Positions 1-11,065 of a stretch of DNA of 64,000 nucleotides are shown here, piece by piece. Below the pieces are notes generated by a model that saw nothing but the letters and a program-made list of their open reading frames with translations, was not told the origin of the DNA and ran no database searches. This stretch comes from Capsulimonadales bacterium (GTDB taxonomy: Bacteria; Armatimonadota; Armatimonadia; Armatimonadales; Armatimonadaceae): positions 1-64,000 of the forward strand of contig JANRLW010000070.1 of assembly GCA_033762295.1 (NCBI GenBank), read 5' to 3'. Each line of letters starts with the position of its first letter. Positions within the stretch are counted from its first letter, which is position 1. Made by a program: the position numbers and the translations under genes.

Positions 1-2
1 AG

Positions 3-761
3 GAAGCCTACCGGGGCGTCGAAAAGGTCATCCGGTTCGATCGGGTCGAAAGCTGTGAAACCTGTATCGGCACGGGCGCCGCGCCCGGCTCCCAGCCGGA
101 AACCTGTCCCGCCTGTCGCGGAACCGGGCAACTGCGACAGGTGCAGAACACCATCCTCGGCCAGATCAATACCGTCGTTCCCTGCGCACGATGCGGCGGC
201 CGAGGAAAGGTCGTCACCAACCCGTGCCAGACCTGCTCCGGCCAGGGACGGGTTCGCCGCGCCCGGGAACTGACCGTGGAAGTGCCGCCCGGCGTCGATT
301 CCGGAATGCAGATGCCCGTGCGCGGGGAAGGGGAAAGCGGGACTCAGGGGGGACCGCCCGGTGACCTTTATATCTTCTTCGAGGTGACCGATCACCCGAT
401 CTTCGAGCGACAGGCGCGGGACCTGCATACCGTCGTGCCCATCTCCTTCGCTCAGGCCGCCCTCGGAGACGAGATCGCCGTGCCTACCCTGAGCGGGGAC
501 AAAGGCTCCCTGAACCTGCCCGAAGGAACCCAACCCGGCACGACCTTCCGTGTCCGAGGACAGGGCATGCCCGACGTCCGCGACCCCAATCGCAAGGGCG
601 ATCTGCATGTCACCGTCAAGGTCGAAGTCCCGACCCGACTGACCGACGAACAGAAGAAGCTGCTCCGCCAGTTCGCCACGCTGCGCGAGGAAAAACTTCC
701 ACAGGAGCATAAGGGCCTTTTCGGACGGCTGAAGGAGGCGTTCACCCACCACGAGGAGTAG
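3..761 (+). CDS. dnaJ: Chaperone DnaJ, 5'-truncated by the window edge
   Basis: Four CxxCxGxG zinc-finger motifs (CETCIGTG, CPACRGTG, CARCGGRG, CQTCSGQG), then the C-terminal GDLY / GQGMP / GDLHV domain. Confidence 0.96.
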   Translation, partial: EAYRGVEKVIRFDRVESCETCIGTGAAPGSQPETCPACRGTGQLRQVQNTILGQINTVVPCARCGGRGKVVTNPCQTCSGQGRVRRARELTVEVPPGVDSGMQMPVRGEGESGTQGGPPGDLYIFFEVTDHPIFERQARDLHTVVPISFAQAALGDEIAVPTLSGDKGSLNLPEGTQPGTTFRVRGQGMPDVRDPNRKGDLHVTVKVEVPTRLTDEQKKLLRQFATLREEKLPQEHKGLFGRLKEAFTHHEE

Positions 762-836
762 ACCGGGAAAATCTCCGGGAACCGGCGACCGGAAAACCGG
801 TTGCAAATGAACAGCAGAAAGGTGAAGGCTCTCGTC

Positions 837-1682
837 ATGGAAGACACGGTTTCCTCGCCGGTTCCCCTCGCGTCCGGACACGACGCCGGAAAGATCACGC
901 CCGAGCAGCTTGCGGCGGTGTTTCTGGCGATCGGACAGGTCGTCTCTCCCGCGCTGGTCACGTCGCTTTCCGGCCGACAGATCGGGGATACCCCCGGCCT
1001 CGAACCGCTGACGACCCCGGCCGGGTACGCCTTCATCATCTGGTCGCCGATCGTCCTCGGCTCGCTGGCCTTCGCGGTCTACCAGGCGCTCCCCGCACAG
1101 ACCGATCGCAGCTTCTATCCGGTCATCCGGCGTCCGGCAATCGTCGTCTTCACCGGTTTCACTCTCTGGCTGGTCGCCGCCGTCCTCGATCAACTGGCGT
1201 GGACCGTACTGATCTTCGTCGCCATGCATCTGGCGTTATGGCGCATTCTGCCGGTCATCCTGAGCGAAAAAGATCGCTGGTCCCCGGCGGACCGCTATCT
1301 GGCCGCGTTGCCGTTCTCCCTCTACCTGGGGTGGACGACGATCGCTATCTTCGCCAATCTGGCGTCCGCCCTGACGTACTACGGTCTGACCCCGGCCGGA
1401 ACGATCGGACTCCTCTGGCAGACCGCGATCCTCGTCGCCGCGACCGTGCATGGCGTTTTCGGCGTCCGTCGAACGGCGGGTGACCTGCCCTATTCGGGGA
1501 CGCTGCTCTGGGCGCTCACCGGTATCGTCGCGAAAAACCTGACCGCCCCCGCGTCGCCGGATTTTCCGCCGGTCGCGGGCGCCGCGCCAGCCCGAATCAT
1601 CGCCGCCGTGGCGGCCGTGGCGGCGGGCGTCCTGGTCGGCGTCACCGTATTTGCGCGAAGGACCGCCCGAACGCTACAATAG
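837..1682 (+). CDS. Multi-pass membrane protein, TspO/tryptophan-rich sensory-like
   Basis: PAGYAFIIWSPI and PFSLYLGWTTIA motifs; about 8 hydrophobic helices. Confidence 0.6.
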   Translation: MEDTVSSPVPLASGHDAGKITPEQLAAVFLAIGQVVSPALVTSLSGRQIGDTPGLEPLTTPAGYAFIIWSPIVLGSLAFAVYQALPAQTDRSFYPVIRRPAIVVFTGFTLWLVAAVLDQLAWTVLIFVAMHLALWRILPVILSEKDRWSPADRYLAALPFSLYLGWTTIAIFANLASALTYYGLTPAGTIGLLWQTAILVAATVHGVFGVRRTAGDLPYSGTLLWALTGIVAKNLTAPASPDFPPVAGAAPARIIAAVAAVAAGVLVGVTVFARRTARTLQ

Positions 1683-1685
1683 CGC

Positions 1686-3245
1686 ATGGAACCTGTCGAC
1701 AACGCCGTCTCGCCCGTCACCGACGAAACTCTGCGCTCCACGCGCCTGCTCCGCGAACGATTGCTCGCCGATCCGTATCGACCCGGCTACCACTTCTGTC
1801 CGCCCGAGGATATCGCGATTCCCGGCGATCCGAACGGCGCGTTCTACCACGACGGTCGATACCACCTGATGTACCTGTACGCCCGAAACGGCTCCGGCTT
1901 CTGCTGGGGACACCTGTCGAGCGTCGATCTGGTCCACTGGCGGCACCACCCGGACGCGATCGGGCCGGGCGACGGGGACGATGGCTGCTTCAGCGGCGGG
2001 GCGTTTATCGACGACGACGGAACCGCCTACCTCACCTACTGGATGCTTCCGCCCGATCCGCCGAAAGGGATCGGCCTCGCGCGCAGCCGGGGACCGTCGT
2101 TCGACATCTGGGAGAAATTCGCCGAGAATCCGGTTATTCCCTCGACGCAGTGGGGGCTGACCGAGACCACGACGCCCGACGGCCTGCTGTTGATCTACGG
2201 TTCGGCCGATCCGTCCAATATCTGGAAGAAGGACGGACGCTACTACCTGCTCACCGGCAACCTGCTCGTGCTGGAAAAATATGGCCGCGCCGATGACGCC
2301 CTGCCCTCCCACCAGGGGGATCGCCTCTACCTCTTCGACTCCGAGGACCTGATCCGATGGAACTACCGGCACGTCTTCTACGAACGCGACCCCGAAAAAA
2401 CCGACCGCAGCGAGGACAACATGTGTCCGAGCTTCCTGCCCCTGCCCTCCTCGCCCGACGGAGGCCCTACGAGCGGTAAATATCTATTGTTGTTCATAAG
2501 TCATAACAAGGGCTGTCAGTACTACATCGGGGAGTATACGGAGGACCGCTTCCTTCCCGAAAGCCACGGGCGGATGACCTGGGTCGATAATACCTATTTT
2601 GCCCCGGAAGCCCTGATCGACGGCAAGGGCCGCCAGATCATGTGGGCATGGCTCACCGACAATCCGAAAGGCGAAAAGGAAAAGGGGTGGTCCGGCGTCT
2701 ACGGGCTGCCGCGCGCGCTCTGGCTCGGGGAGGACCATACCCTGCGAATGTGTCCCGTTCCCGAACTGGAGGCGTTGCGCCTGAAGGAACGGTCCTGGCA
2801 CGATCTGACGATTTCGGACGGTGGGGAGATGACGCTGGCCGTCCCGTCCGGAGATTCCTGCGAGCTGCGCCTGGAAATCGCGCCCGAAACCGCCGTCCGC
2901 TACGGCGTCAAGGTGCGTGTCTCGCCCGATGACGCGGAGGAAACCTGCCTCTATGTCGACGCCGAAACCGGGGAACTGGTTTTTGACGCGACAAAAAGCG
3001 GCGCGGACGGGCGAACGACGGTTGAACGCGCCCCGTTCGTGCCGACGTCGGGCGAACCGCTGATCCTGCGTGTCTTTGTCGATAAGTCGGTGATCGAAAT
3101 CTACGCCGGAGACCGTCAGGCCATCTGCCGCCGGGTCTACCCCGCGCGGTCGGACAGCCTCGGTATCCGCCTGTTCGCCCGGGGCGGAACCGCCCGGTTC
3201 GTCACCGTCCGCGCCTGGGAGATGGCCCCGTCCAACCCGTTCTGA
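1686..3245 (+). CDS. Glycoside hydrolase family 32 (beta-fructofuranosidase-like)
   Basis: RPGYHF, GDPNG, WGHLSSVDLVHW, GCFSG and VDKSVIEIY motifs; the canonical ECP motif appears as MCP. Confidence 0.88.
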   Translation: MEPVDNAVSPVTDETLRSTRLLRERLLADPYRPGYHFCPPEDIAIPGDPNGAFYHDGRYHLMYLYARNGSGFCWGHLSSVDLVHWRHHPDAIGPGDGDDGCFSGGAFIDDDGTAYLTYWMLPPDPPKGIGLARSRGPSFDIWEKFAENPVIPSTQWGLTETTTPDGLLLIYGSADPSNIWKKDGRYYLLTGNLLVLEKYGRADDALPSHQGDRLYLFDSEDLIRWNYRHVFYERDPEKTDRSEDNMCPSFLPLPSSPDGGPTSGKYLLLFISHNKGCQYYIGEYTEDRFLPESHGRMTWVDNTYFAPEALIDGKGRQIMWAWLTDNPKGEKEKGWSGVYGLPRALWLGEDHTLRMCPVPELEALRLKERSWHDLTISDGGEMTLAVPSGDSCELRLEIAPETAVRYGVKVRVSPDDAEETCLYVDAETGELVFDATKSGADGRTTVERAPFVPTSGEPLILRVFVDKSVIEIYAGDRQAICRRVYPARSDSLGIRLFARGGTARFVTVRAWEMAPSNPF

Positions 3246-3266
3246 TCGCCCTGCTCCGGCAGACCG

Positions 3267-4172
3267 TTACCGCCGGATCGGGTTCGACCAGGCACGGCCG
3301 CCCCGATGGTCGCGGACGATCACACGGAAATACGGGCTGTTGCCGAGGGTTTTCAGAGGCAAATCCACTTCGGTGATTCCGTTACCGTAGACATACGAAT
3401 AGTAGGAGCCGAAACCGACGGCCCAGACCCGTTCCGCCGGGGAGCAACGGACCCGGATCGTTTCCGCGTCGGTCGCGGCGATGTCGAAAATCTGCGGCCC
3501 GGTGCTGGAGTAGTACGCGCCCGCCCGCAGCGCCTCCAGCAGCGCTTCCGGTTCGAGTGTCTCGCTCCTCACCTGCACCCAGCCCCGCTGCGCGTCGTTC
3601 CGTTCCGGGACCGAGTGCGTGTCGTCCGTTGCCAGCGCGAAGTACCGTTCGCCGCGCATCAGCAGGAGATCGTAGATATACTGGCTGTCGTCGCGGTCGT
3701 TGTGATCGGCGGAGGTCGCATTGTAGGTCTCCACCGCATGGATCGGCCCCAGAGAGCGGATATCCGCCTCGGACAGTCCGTACCATGCCGGGTGGGCGGC
3801 GGCGACGAACGCCCCGGCGGCCAGGGCGCGTGTGACCACCTCCGGACCGGTTTCGCCCGCCGGATACGGCGCGAAATCGAGCGGCAGACCGACGGCGAGG
3901 ATATGCCAGAGATGCCCGAACTCCGTATGACCGGTATGCAGTTCCGCACCGATCAGCGTGGTGAACGCCTCCGTCCGGAACGGACGAGTGTCCGTCATCG
4001 GATATCCGTAATGTTCCAGAAAGTGGTCGGTCACCGCCAGAAAATCGTACCCGGCCTCCCGGTACTCCCGGCAGATCGCTTCCGGCGACTTTCGTCCGTC
4101 ACTGCGTGTGCTGTGGGTATGGAGGTTGCCCTTCCAAAAACGACCCGGTCGAGAAAATGCGTTGATTTCCAT
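3267..4172 (-). CDS. PHP-fold metallohydrolase (CehA/McbA family)
   Basis: KGNLHTHSTRSDG, VTDH, AAHP, ATDDTH and the C-terminal AWSNPI. Confidence 0.85.
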   Translation of the reverse strand: MEINAFSRPGRFWKGNLHTHSTRSDGRKSPEAICREYREAGYDFLAVTDHFLEHYGYPMTDTRPFRTEAFTTLIGAELHTGHTEFGHLWHILAVGLPLDFAPYPAGETGPEVVTRALAAGAFVAAAHPAWYGLSEADIRSLGPIHAVETYNATSADHNDRDDSQYIYDLLLMRGERYFALATDDTHSVPERNDAQRGWVQVRSETLEPEALLEALRAGAYYSSTGPQIFDIAATDAETIRVRCSPAERVWAVGFGSYYSYVYGNGITEVDLPLKTLGNSPYFRVIVRDHRGGRAWSNPIRR

Positions 4173-4268
4173 AGCACCCTATCGTAAACGATTTTTCGGG
4201 ATTCTGTCAAAGGAAGCGGGCAGGAACACACGTCGGGCGCGAACAACCTGACCGCAGGAGCGACAACG

Positions 4269-5012
4269 ATGCATATTGAGATTCGAGACACCAAGACCGA
4301 ACTGGGAAAACAGGCCGCCGAGGACGGGGCTGCCGTTCTGCGCCGCGCCCTCGCCGAGGACGGCAACGCCACCGTTCTCCTTGCCACCGGTATGTCCCAG
4401 TTCGAAATGCTGGCGGAACTGGTCAAAGCGCCCGACATCGCCTGGGACCGCGTGACCGCGTTTCACCTCGATGAGTATGTCGGCCTGCCCGTCACGCACC
4501 CGGCCTCGTTCCGCAAATACCTGCGGGAGCGGTTCGTCGCGCAGCTTCCCGGGCCGCTGGCCGCCTTCCACGAGATCAACGGCGAGAACGACCCGCCATC
4601 GGAGTGCGAGCGGCTGAACGCCCTGATCTCCGGAAAGCGGATCGCCGTTGCGTTCGTCGGTATCGGGGAGAACGGTCATCTGGCGTTCAACGATCCTCCC
4701 GCCGATTTCGACACCGAGCAGCCCTATATCGTCGTCGACCTGGACGACGCCTGCCGTCGCCAGCAACTGGGGGAGGGCTGGTTCCCGACTTTTGATGACG
4801 TCCCGGCAAAAGCCATTTCGATGAGCATCCGCCAGATTCTGAAGGCGGAAAGAATCCTCTGCGTCGTGCCGGACGCCCGGAAGGCGGAGGCGGTTCGAAA
4901 CTGTCTCGCCGGTCCCGTTTCGAACCTTGCCCCGGCCTCCGCCCTTCAGGATCATCCGGCGACCACGGTCTATCTCGACCCGGCCTCCGCCGCCCTGCTG
5001 CCGAAAGGATAA
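4269..5012 (+). CDS. nagB: Glucosamine-6-phosphate deaminase
   Basis: [16 protein letters not shown] and [13 protein letters not shown] motifs. Confidence 0.88.
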   Translation: MHIEIRDTKTELGKQAAEDGAAVLRRALAEDGNATVLLATGMSQFEMLAELVKAPDIAWDRVTAFHLDEYVGLPVTHPASFRKYLRERFVAQLPGPLAAFHEINGENDPPSECERLNALISGKRIAVAFVGIGENGHLAFNDPPADFDTEQPYIVVDLDDACRRQQLGEGWFPTFDDVPAKAISMSIRQILKAERILCVVPDARKAEAVRNCLAGPVSNLAPASALQDHPATTVYLDPASAALLPKG

Positions 5013-5016
5013 CGGG

Positions 5017-6972
5017 ATGGACTGGGCCGATGCGGAGCGATGGACCCCTCAGTCGTGGTTCTACGATGTCTCCGATGTGCTGATCCGGCACATCTACGAA
5101 CGATCGCGGCGGGCGTTCGAGGAGGGCGATGCCGCACGGGACGCGCTGACCACGCCGAAGGCGATCGTTGACCGGCAGCGGTACGTTCGGGAACGATTCC
5201 TGGCAGGCATCGGCGGACTGCCCCCGTCCGACACGCCGCTGAACGCCCGGATCGTCGGTACCGTCCCCGGCGACGGCTTCCGGATCGAAAAAGTCATCTT
5301 CGAGTCCCGACCGCAGGCGTATGTTACCGCCCACCTCTACCTGCCGGACGGACTTTCCGCGCCGGAGGCCGCCGTTCTCTTCCTCTGCGGACATCATCGC
5401 GAGGCCAAGCACCATCCGGAGTACCAGTCGGTCTGTCAGACTCTCGTGCGTGCCGGAATGATTGTCCTCGCTCAGGACCCGGTCGGACAGGGCGAACGCC
5501 TCGGCTACTACGATCCGGAGACCGGAATCCCCACGGTGAACTGGGGAACGACCGAGCACGATCATGCCGGGGCGCAGTGTCTCCCGCTCGGCGACGGTCT
5601 GGCGCGCTACTTCCTGCAGGACGCCCTGCGCGGACTGGATTATCTCGCCTCCCGGCCCGAAGTCGACCCGGCCCGTATCGGCATTACGGGCAACTCCGGC
5701 GGCGGAACGCAGACGAGCCTGGTACTGCTCGCCGCGGCCGATCGGATCGCCGCCGCCGCCCCGACCACGTTTATCATGGACCGGGAATCCTACCAGCGAA
5801 CCACCGGGGCGCAGGACGCCGAACAGATCTGGCCCGGCTTCACCGCCGCCGGTCTCGATCATGAGGATATCCTGCTCGCCCTGTGTCCGAAACCGGTGCA
5901 GGTGCAGGCGGTTACCGGCGACTTCTTCCCGATCGAGGGGACGCGCCGCACCGCCGAGCGCGCCCGCCGGCACTGGGTGACCTGCGGGGCCGGGGACGCG
6001 TTCCGTCTGGTGGAGGATGAATCGGACCACCGATATACCTCCCGCCTGGCGAAAGAGGCCGCCCGATTCTTCGCACGATATCTGCGCGGAACCGAACCGG
6101 ATGACCGCGTATCCGTTCGACCGTTGCCACCCGAAACTTTGTGGTGTACGACGTCCGGCCAGGTGCGCGGCGAACTCGAAAACGCCCGATTTCCCTATGA
6201 GGAAAACCTGGATCGTCTCGCTGATGCCGCGCAGCGACGATCGGTTTCCGGGGACGATCCCCGTTTATGGCTGTACGACCGGGTCGCGGTCGGTCGAAAC
6301 TTCGAGGACATGAACCCGCGCTACCTGTTTTCCGGGGAGATCGACGGTCTGCGTCTGCAATCCTGCCTCTGGCGACCGCAGGTCGATCTGTTCAATCTGG
6401 GCTATCTGTTCCGCGCGTCGGCGCGGGACGGCGAAACGTTGCCGGTGACCATGGCCCTCTGGGACGACGGCACCCGCGCCGTTCGGAGCCATGCGAGCGT
6501 CATTCAGGAAATCTGCGCCTCCGGACGGGCGGTCCTCGTTCCGGACACGTCCGGGGTAGGCGCATTGCTGCCCCGGTCGATCAACGGCCACCCGCCGCAT
6601 GCCCTGTACGGCACCCTGCACAAACTCGCCTGCGATCTGCTTTTCCTCGACGACGACCTGCTCGCCCTGCGTACCTTCGAGGTGCTCCGCGCCGCCGAAA
6701 TGCTCGAACACTGGCCGGGAGTGCATGCGGAGGGAATCGAAATTCTCGCGTCGGGACGGCACGGGATATGCGGGCGACTGGCCGCCGCGCTGAGCGACGC
6801 CTTCGCCCGCGTCACGGTCGTCGACGGGCCGCAAAGCTGGGCGGAATGGGTATCGGCCCGCCATTACGACACGACCGGCATCTACGAGACGATCCTCCGG
6901 GGAGCATTGAACCATTTCGACCTGCCCGATCTCCTTTCCGTCGTCCCCTTCTCGTCAGAATCGTCAGAATAG
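5017..6972 (+). CDS. Alpha/beta hydrolase, acetylxylan esterase-like
   Basis: FESRP, LCGH, DPVGQGER and the GNSGGG nucleophile elbow; ATG at 5017. Confidence 0.8.
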   Translation: MDWADAERWTPQSWFYDVSDVLIRHIYERSRRAFEEGDAARDALTTPKAIVDRQRYVRERFLAGIGGLPPSDTPLNARIVGTVPGDGFRIEKVIFESRPQAYVTAHLYLPDGLSAPEAAVLFLCGHHREAKHHPEYQSVCQTLVRAGMIVLAQDPVGQGERLGYYDPETGIPTVNWGTTEHDHAGAQCLPLGDGLARYFLQDALRGLDYLASRPEVDPARIGITGNSGGGTQTSLVLLAAADRIAAAAPTTFIMDRESYQRTTGAQDAEQIWPGFTAAGLDHEDILLALCPKPVQVQAVTGDFFPIEGTRRTAERARRHWVTCGAGDAFRLVEDESDHRYTSRLAKEAARFFARYLRGTEPDDRVSVRPLPPETLWCTTSGQVRGELENARFPYEENLDRLADAAQRRSVSGDDPRLWLYDRVAVGRNFEDMNPRYLFSGEIDGLRLQSCLWRPQVDLFNLGYLFRASARDGETLPVTMALWDDGTRAVRSHASVIQEICASGRAVLVPDTSGVGALLPRSINGHPPHALYGTLHKLACDLLFLDDDLLALRTFEVLRAAEMLEHWPGVHAEGIEILASGRHGICGRLAAALSDAFARVTVVDGPQSWAEWVSARHYDTTGIYETILRGALNHFDLPDLLSVVPFSSESSE

Positions 6973-7881
6973 GGAAAGACGCTCGAACATGCGGGAGGCG
7001 TGGAGCGCGTAATCGAAGTCGCCGCCGATGTCGGAGGCTGCCCGGCCCTGCCCGCGCAGTCCGTCCATGACCAGCGCCCACCCGGCTTCGAAAAACGTGA
7101 TCACCCATTTCATGGTCTGCAGTGTCTCGTAATCCCGGTCTTCCGGCAGTCCGTACGCCGCCAGAAGCGTTCTTTGCTCCGCTTCCGAATACTGCCCGGC
7201 CATGGAAATCGTCGCCAGGTCGATCAGCCCGTCTCCCTGGCCCGCGAACTCCCAGTCGACCAGGTAGAGATGCGCGCCGTCATCGAGGAAGTTGTTCGCC
7301 CACAAATCGTTGTGCGCCAGTCCGGGAACGAAGCGCGGATCGCTCCGACGCCCCGCCTCGATACCCGCCAGTCGGGTGCGATACTCCTCGATCCGCGAGG
7401 GCAGTTCCAACCCGAGGGAGCGCGCGCTGTTCAGGAGCCTTTCGATGCGACGAAACGACGAACCCTCCGCCGTGACATTCCGGACGGAATGCAGTCGCCG
7501 GAGGGTTTCCGCCAGTCGGAGGAGGTTCTGCGGTTCATGAAACGCTTCCGGTTCCCAGTGCCGACCGACAACGAACGAGGTAACGATCACGCCGGACGGT
7601 TCCGCGTAGAGCACCGCGGGCGCAACCCCCACGCTCGCCGCCGCCATAGCGGCGGCAATCTCCTCCTCCCGTCGGATACCCAGGTGACGGGCCGTGTCCG
7701 CGCCGATGCGCAGCAGGTAGGAGATGCCGTCGCAATCGACCCGGTAGTTGGCGTTGTTCAGGCTGAGGACACCGCTCAGCGGCGAAATACGGCGTTCGGA
7801 CGCCCCGGCGAAGAGCGGGATGCCTGCCGCCAGAGCAACGACCGCCGCCGGGACCGCCTCCGAATCGAAATCCTCGACCAT
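6964..7881 (-). CDS. Choline/ethanolamine kinase / APH-family phosphotransferase
   Basis: HNDLWANNFL and VDWEFAG kinase motifs. Confidence 0.82.
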   Translation of the reverse strand: MVEDFDSEAVPAAVVALAAGIPLFAGASERRISPLSGVLSLNNANYRVDCDGISYLLRIGADTARHLGIRREEEIAAAMAAASVGVAPAVLYAEPSGVIVTSFVVGRHWEPEAFHEPQNLLRLAETLRRLHSVRNVTAEGSSFRRIERLLNSARSLGLELPSRIEEYRTRLAGIEAGRRSDPRFVPGLAHNDLWANNFLDDGAHLYLVDWEFAGQGDGLIDLATISMAGQYSEAEQRTLLAAYGLPEDRDYETLQTMKWVITFFEAGWALVMDGLRGQGRAASDIGGDFDYALHASRMFERLSLF

Positions 7882-7904
7882 AGTGGTGACCCTCCGGTGC
7901 GGAC

Positions 7905-8951
7905 TTACTCGTTTCCGCCGTAACGCAGGTCCAGGTAGTCGCGCGACACTTTCAAATCCTCCAGCGCCTCCTCCGCCGTACACATCGGCGGGCGTTCGCC
8001 CCGAATGGCCGCGACAAAGTTCATCGCCTGCTGGCGCATCGCATGGACCCAGGGCAGCTGCGGGATCACCGTCTGCGGGGCGACGCCATTGCCCGGATCG
8101 GAGAAGATTTCCAGCCGTCCCGGACGGTTGTGCGCGAGCGGCGCGGGAAGGTCCACCTTCACGTATCCCCGTTCGAACGTCACCAGTGCGCTCTCCTGCC
8201 AGTCGATCGTGGTGCGATAGGGCGTCATTTCGATGACCCCGGTCACGCCGCTCTCGCTTTCGGCGACCAGCAAAGCGCCCGACCGATCGGCGAACGTCAC
8301 CCGGTACGGCTCGCCGAAAAGATGGCGCAGCAGGTTGACCTGATGAATGAAGTAGTTGACGAAACTAACGTATTTCGAGTGGTTGGGCTGCTCGGTATCG
8401 TTCGGCAGGGACGGATATGGCTCGTCGCTCCGGACGTTCTCGTTGAACCCCCCGGCGATCCAGTCGCCTTCGGGCATCGTCAGACGAACGAAACGCATCT
8501 TCCCGACCGTGCCGTCCGCCTTCCACCGCTCGATTTGCTCCTTCGCCGCCATCGTCGCCGGGTCGCTGCGCTTGTGGTAGCCGACCATGTGCCAGGAACC
8601 GCCGCGCCGCAACTCCGCAAGCATCCGTTCGCCGACCTCGATTGCCGACGCCAGCGGTTTCTCGGTCAGAACCGGAACGCCGGCCCGATACAGCGGCGCG
8701 ACGATGCCGCCGTGTTTCTCAAACGGCTGGGACGCGACGATCCCATCCGGTTTTTCCTTCTCCAACAGGGCCTCCGCATTCGGATAGACCCGGGGGATAC
8801 CCCATTTGCGTGCCACCTTCTCGGCCAGCTCCGTGCGAAGTTCGGCGATTGCCGTCACCTCGCAGTCCGGCAGCGTCCGGTAGTTGCGCAGATGTGCGGC
8901 CTGTCCCATATTCCCGACGCCGACAAAAGCGATGCGAACCTTTTCACTCAT
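7905..8951 (-). CDS. Gfo/Idh/MocA oxidoreductase
   Basis: GVGNMG Rossmann motif and EKP motif. Confidence 0.88.
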   Translation of the reverse strand: MSEKVRIAFVGVGNMGQAAHLRNYRTLPDCEVTAIAELRTELAEKVARKWGIPRVYPNAEALLEKEKPDGIVASQPFEKHGGIVAPLYRAGVPVLTEKPLASAIEVGERMLAELRRGGSWHMVGYHKRSDPATMAAKEQIERWKADGTVGKMRFVRLTMPEGDWIAGGFNENVRSDEPYPSLPNDTEQPNHSKYVSFVNYFIHQVNLLRHLFGEPYRVTFADRSGALLVAESESGVTGVIEMTPYRTTIDWQESALVTFERGYVKVDLPAPLAHNRPGRLEIFSDPGNGVAPQTVIPQLPWVHAMRQQAMNFVAAIRGERPPMCTAEEALEDLKVSRDYLDLRYGGNE

Positions 8952-9018
8952 CTTCGTTCCTCGTTTCGTCCGATTTGCCTGCCTCCCCTATTTTCATCGG
9001 CATACGCGAATTTGCCTT

Positions 9019-11022
9019 TCACGAAATGGTGTCCAGCAGGGCGGCGACGAAGTTCCAGAGCACCGGCACGACCAGCCCGCCGAGGGTCAGACCCAGGAAA
9101 AAGGGAATGCCCCGGCGATAAGCCGGGCCACCCCCGTAACGAAGGATCATCGATTTCACCATCCACATCAGGAGAAAGGTCGGCCAGGTATACTCCACAC
9201 CGAAGCACATCGCCAGAGCGAAACCGATCGGATGCAGCGGAAATCCGGGGAAGAAGTGCTGCGCCGTCGCTAACCCCGCCGTTATCGCCCCGCCGAGCGC
9301 CATGAACCCGATCTTCAGCGGGTCCGGGCCGCGCGGCGTCTCCATCCACTCGCGTACCCGGTTGAACAGCCCCGGCGCGCCGGCCTCGCGCCACCCGCCC
9401 TCCCGCCACTGATCCTCCCCCACCGCATAGGCGAAGTGCAACTGAAAGAGCAGGGCCGCCGCCGCACCCGCCATGAACGCCACCAGAATCCACTTTCCGA
9501 ACCGACGCAGCGAAAGACCGCTCTCGCGCGCCACGTACAGGGCGCTCATCTGGTGCGCCATCGGATGCCCCGAATTGGTCCGGCTCAGCCAGTACAGCAG
9601 ACCTAGGTGCGTCGCCGACCCGTGGTCGAACAGACGGGAACCGAAGACGGACGCCAGCGTGCTCTGCGGGTCGAGGAAGTATAACTCCAGGGTCGGCGGC
9701 CCCACCTGACAGTAAACGCGGGTGGCGGTGATGTTCAGCATCTGGAACAGCGCATAATACAGGATCGCGATCAGCGGAGACATACCTCCGGCCACGCTGA
9801 AAAGGATCAGGAACACGGTGCCGGCGACGAGCAGACGCGCCGCCATTCGATAGCTGCCCGGCTCCTCACCATCGGCATTTCGCTCCGACGTGCCCCCGAA
9901 CGCATCGCGAAAAACGCCCCGCAGATGCCCCCACTCGGCGCGAATCAGCACGATAAACAGCACCAGCCATGCGCCCGCCGCCTGCGAACGCGCCTGCGGA
10001 AAGCCCGCCGCATCCCAGCCCAGTTCCCGCCAGCCCATCAGGCGGCCAAAAACCTCCAGTCCCTTCCGGAACACCTGGAAGACACCCCCGCTCAGCAAAA
10101 TGTCCGTCGGAATAAAGTAACAGAGGCCGACATGCAACGCGGACCAGGTCAGTTCCACCGGCGCCAGCGCGTTCCAGGGATGCGGCATCCCGGACAGGAC
10201 CCCGCTGAAATTGGCATGGAGCGGCACGAACGGCACGTTCGGGACCAGTTCGTGCAACGCCTGTGCCGACTCGATGGCCGCCGCGATGCCGAAACCCAGG
10301 AAGAAGGCACGCTCTCGCAGCGGCCCGTCAAAACCGGCGTTGCGGCAGATCTCCATCGGCAACTGGACGTTCGGAAACCCCAGGCGGTCGTTATCCATCC
10401 AGCGACGGCGCAGCAGGACGTTCCACGACCACATCGTCGTTCCCAGAGCCAGCAGATAGGCCAGCCAGCAGAGCAGCGGGACCACCCACGCCGACAGGAT
10501 TTCGGGCGACAGGAACGAACGATTGCCCAGGTAGTACGGCTCGACGATCGACGGCGACTGCGGCACCATCCAGGTCGGAATATGCCGACGAATCTCCACC
10601 GTCTCCTCGAACTGCGCCCCCCGAAACGGAAACAGGTGCAGCGGAAACAGCAGAAGCGTCTCGTCCATCGCCGCGATCGCCCCGGCAATCGTCGTCATCC
10701 CGAAGATGACCGCCATCTCGCCCGGCAATAAGGCCCATCGCGGACGGAACCGCCGGAGCGGCGTATTGACCAGGGCGATCAGAAACAGGTAAAACACCGC
10801 TCCCGGAAGGAGGGAGTACCAGGAGGGATAGGGACCGCTCGTCCAGGGAGGCACGACCAGCATCGGCCGTACCTTGGTCATCACCTGGAGAAGCGCGATC
10901 TGAACCGCCCCGAGAAGCCCGAGAAGAAGGGCCCGCCCGGTCACGCCGATCGGTCCGCTCCCTCCGGCGGACGAGGCATCGGCAGGCGTCGGTGTGGCGG
11001 CGCGGGTAACGGATGAGGACAC
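9019..11022 (-). CDS. Large polytopic membrane protein (DUF6785/DUF6784-like, putative transporter)
   Basis: Many TM helices; W..RLGFP.VQLP, PLHPIG and ILRYGG...PFFLGL motifs. Confidence 0.7.
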   Translation of the reverse strand: MSSSVTRAATPTPADASSAGGSGPIGVTGRALLLGLLGAVQIALLQVMTKVRPMLVVPPWTSGPYPSWYSLLPGAVFYLFLIALVNTPLRRFRPRWALLPGEMAVIFGMTTIAGAIAAMDETLLLFPLHLFPFRGAQFEETVEIRRHIPTWMVPQSPSIVEPYYLGNRSFLSPEILSAWVVPLLCWLAYLLALGTTMWSWNVLLRRRWMDNDRLGFPNVQLPMEICRNAGFDGPLRERAFFLGFGIAAAIESAQALHELVPNVPFVPLHANFSGVLSGMPHPWNALAPVELTWSALHVGLCYFIPTDILLSGGVFQVFRKGLEVFGRLMGWRELGWDAAGFPQARSQAAGAWLVLFIVLIRAEWGHLRGVFRDAFGGTSERNADGEEPGSYRMAARLLVAGTVFLILFSVAGGMSPLIAILYYALFQMLNITATRVYCQVGPPTLELYFLDPQSTLASVFGSRLFDHGSATHLGLLYWLSRTNSGHPMAHQMSALYVARESGLSLRRFGKWILVAFMAGAAAALLFQLHFAYAVGEDQWREGGWREAGAPGLFNRVREWMETPRGPDPLKIGFMALGGAITAGLATAQHFFPGFPLHPIGFALAMCFGVEYTWPTFLLMWMVKSMILRYGGGPAYRRGIPFFLGLTLGGLVVPVLWNFVAALLDTIS

Positions 11023-11065
11023 GGCGTAGTGTTTTCCTTTCGGCAGGACCGATCCGGACGACGAT

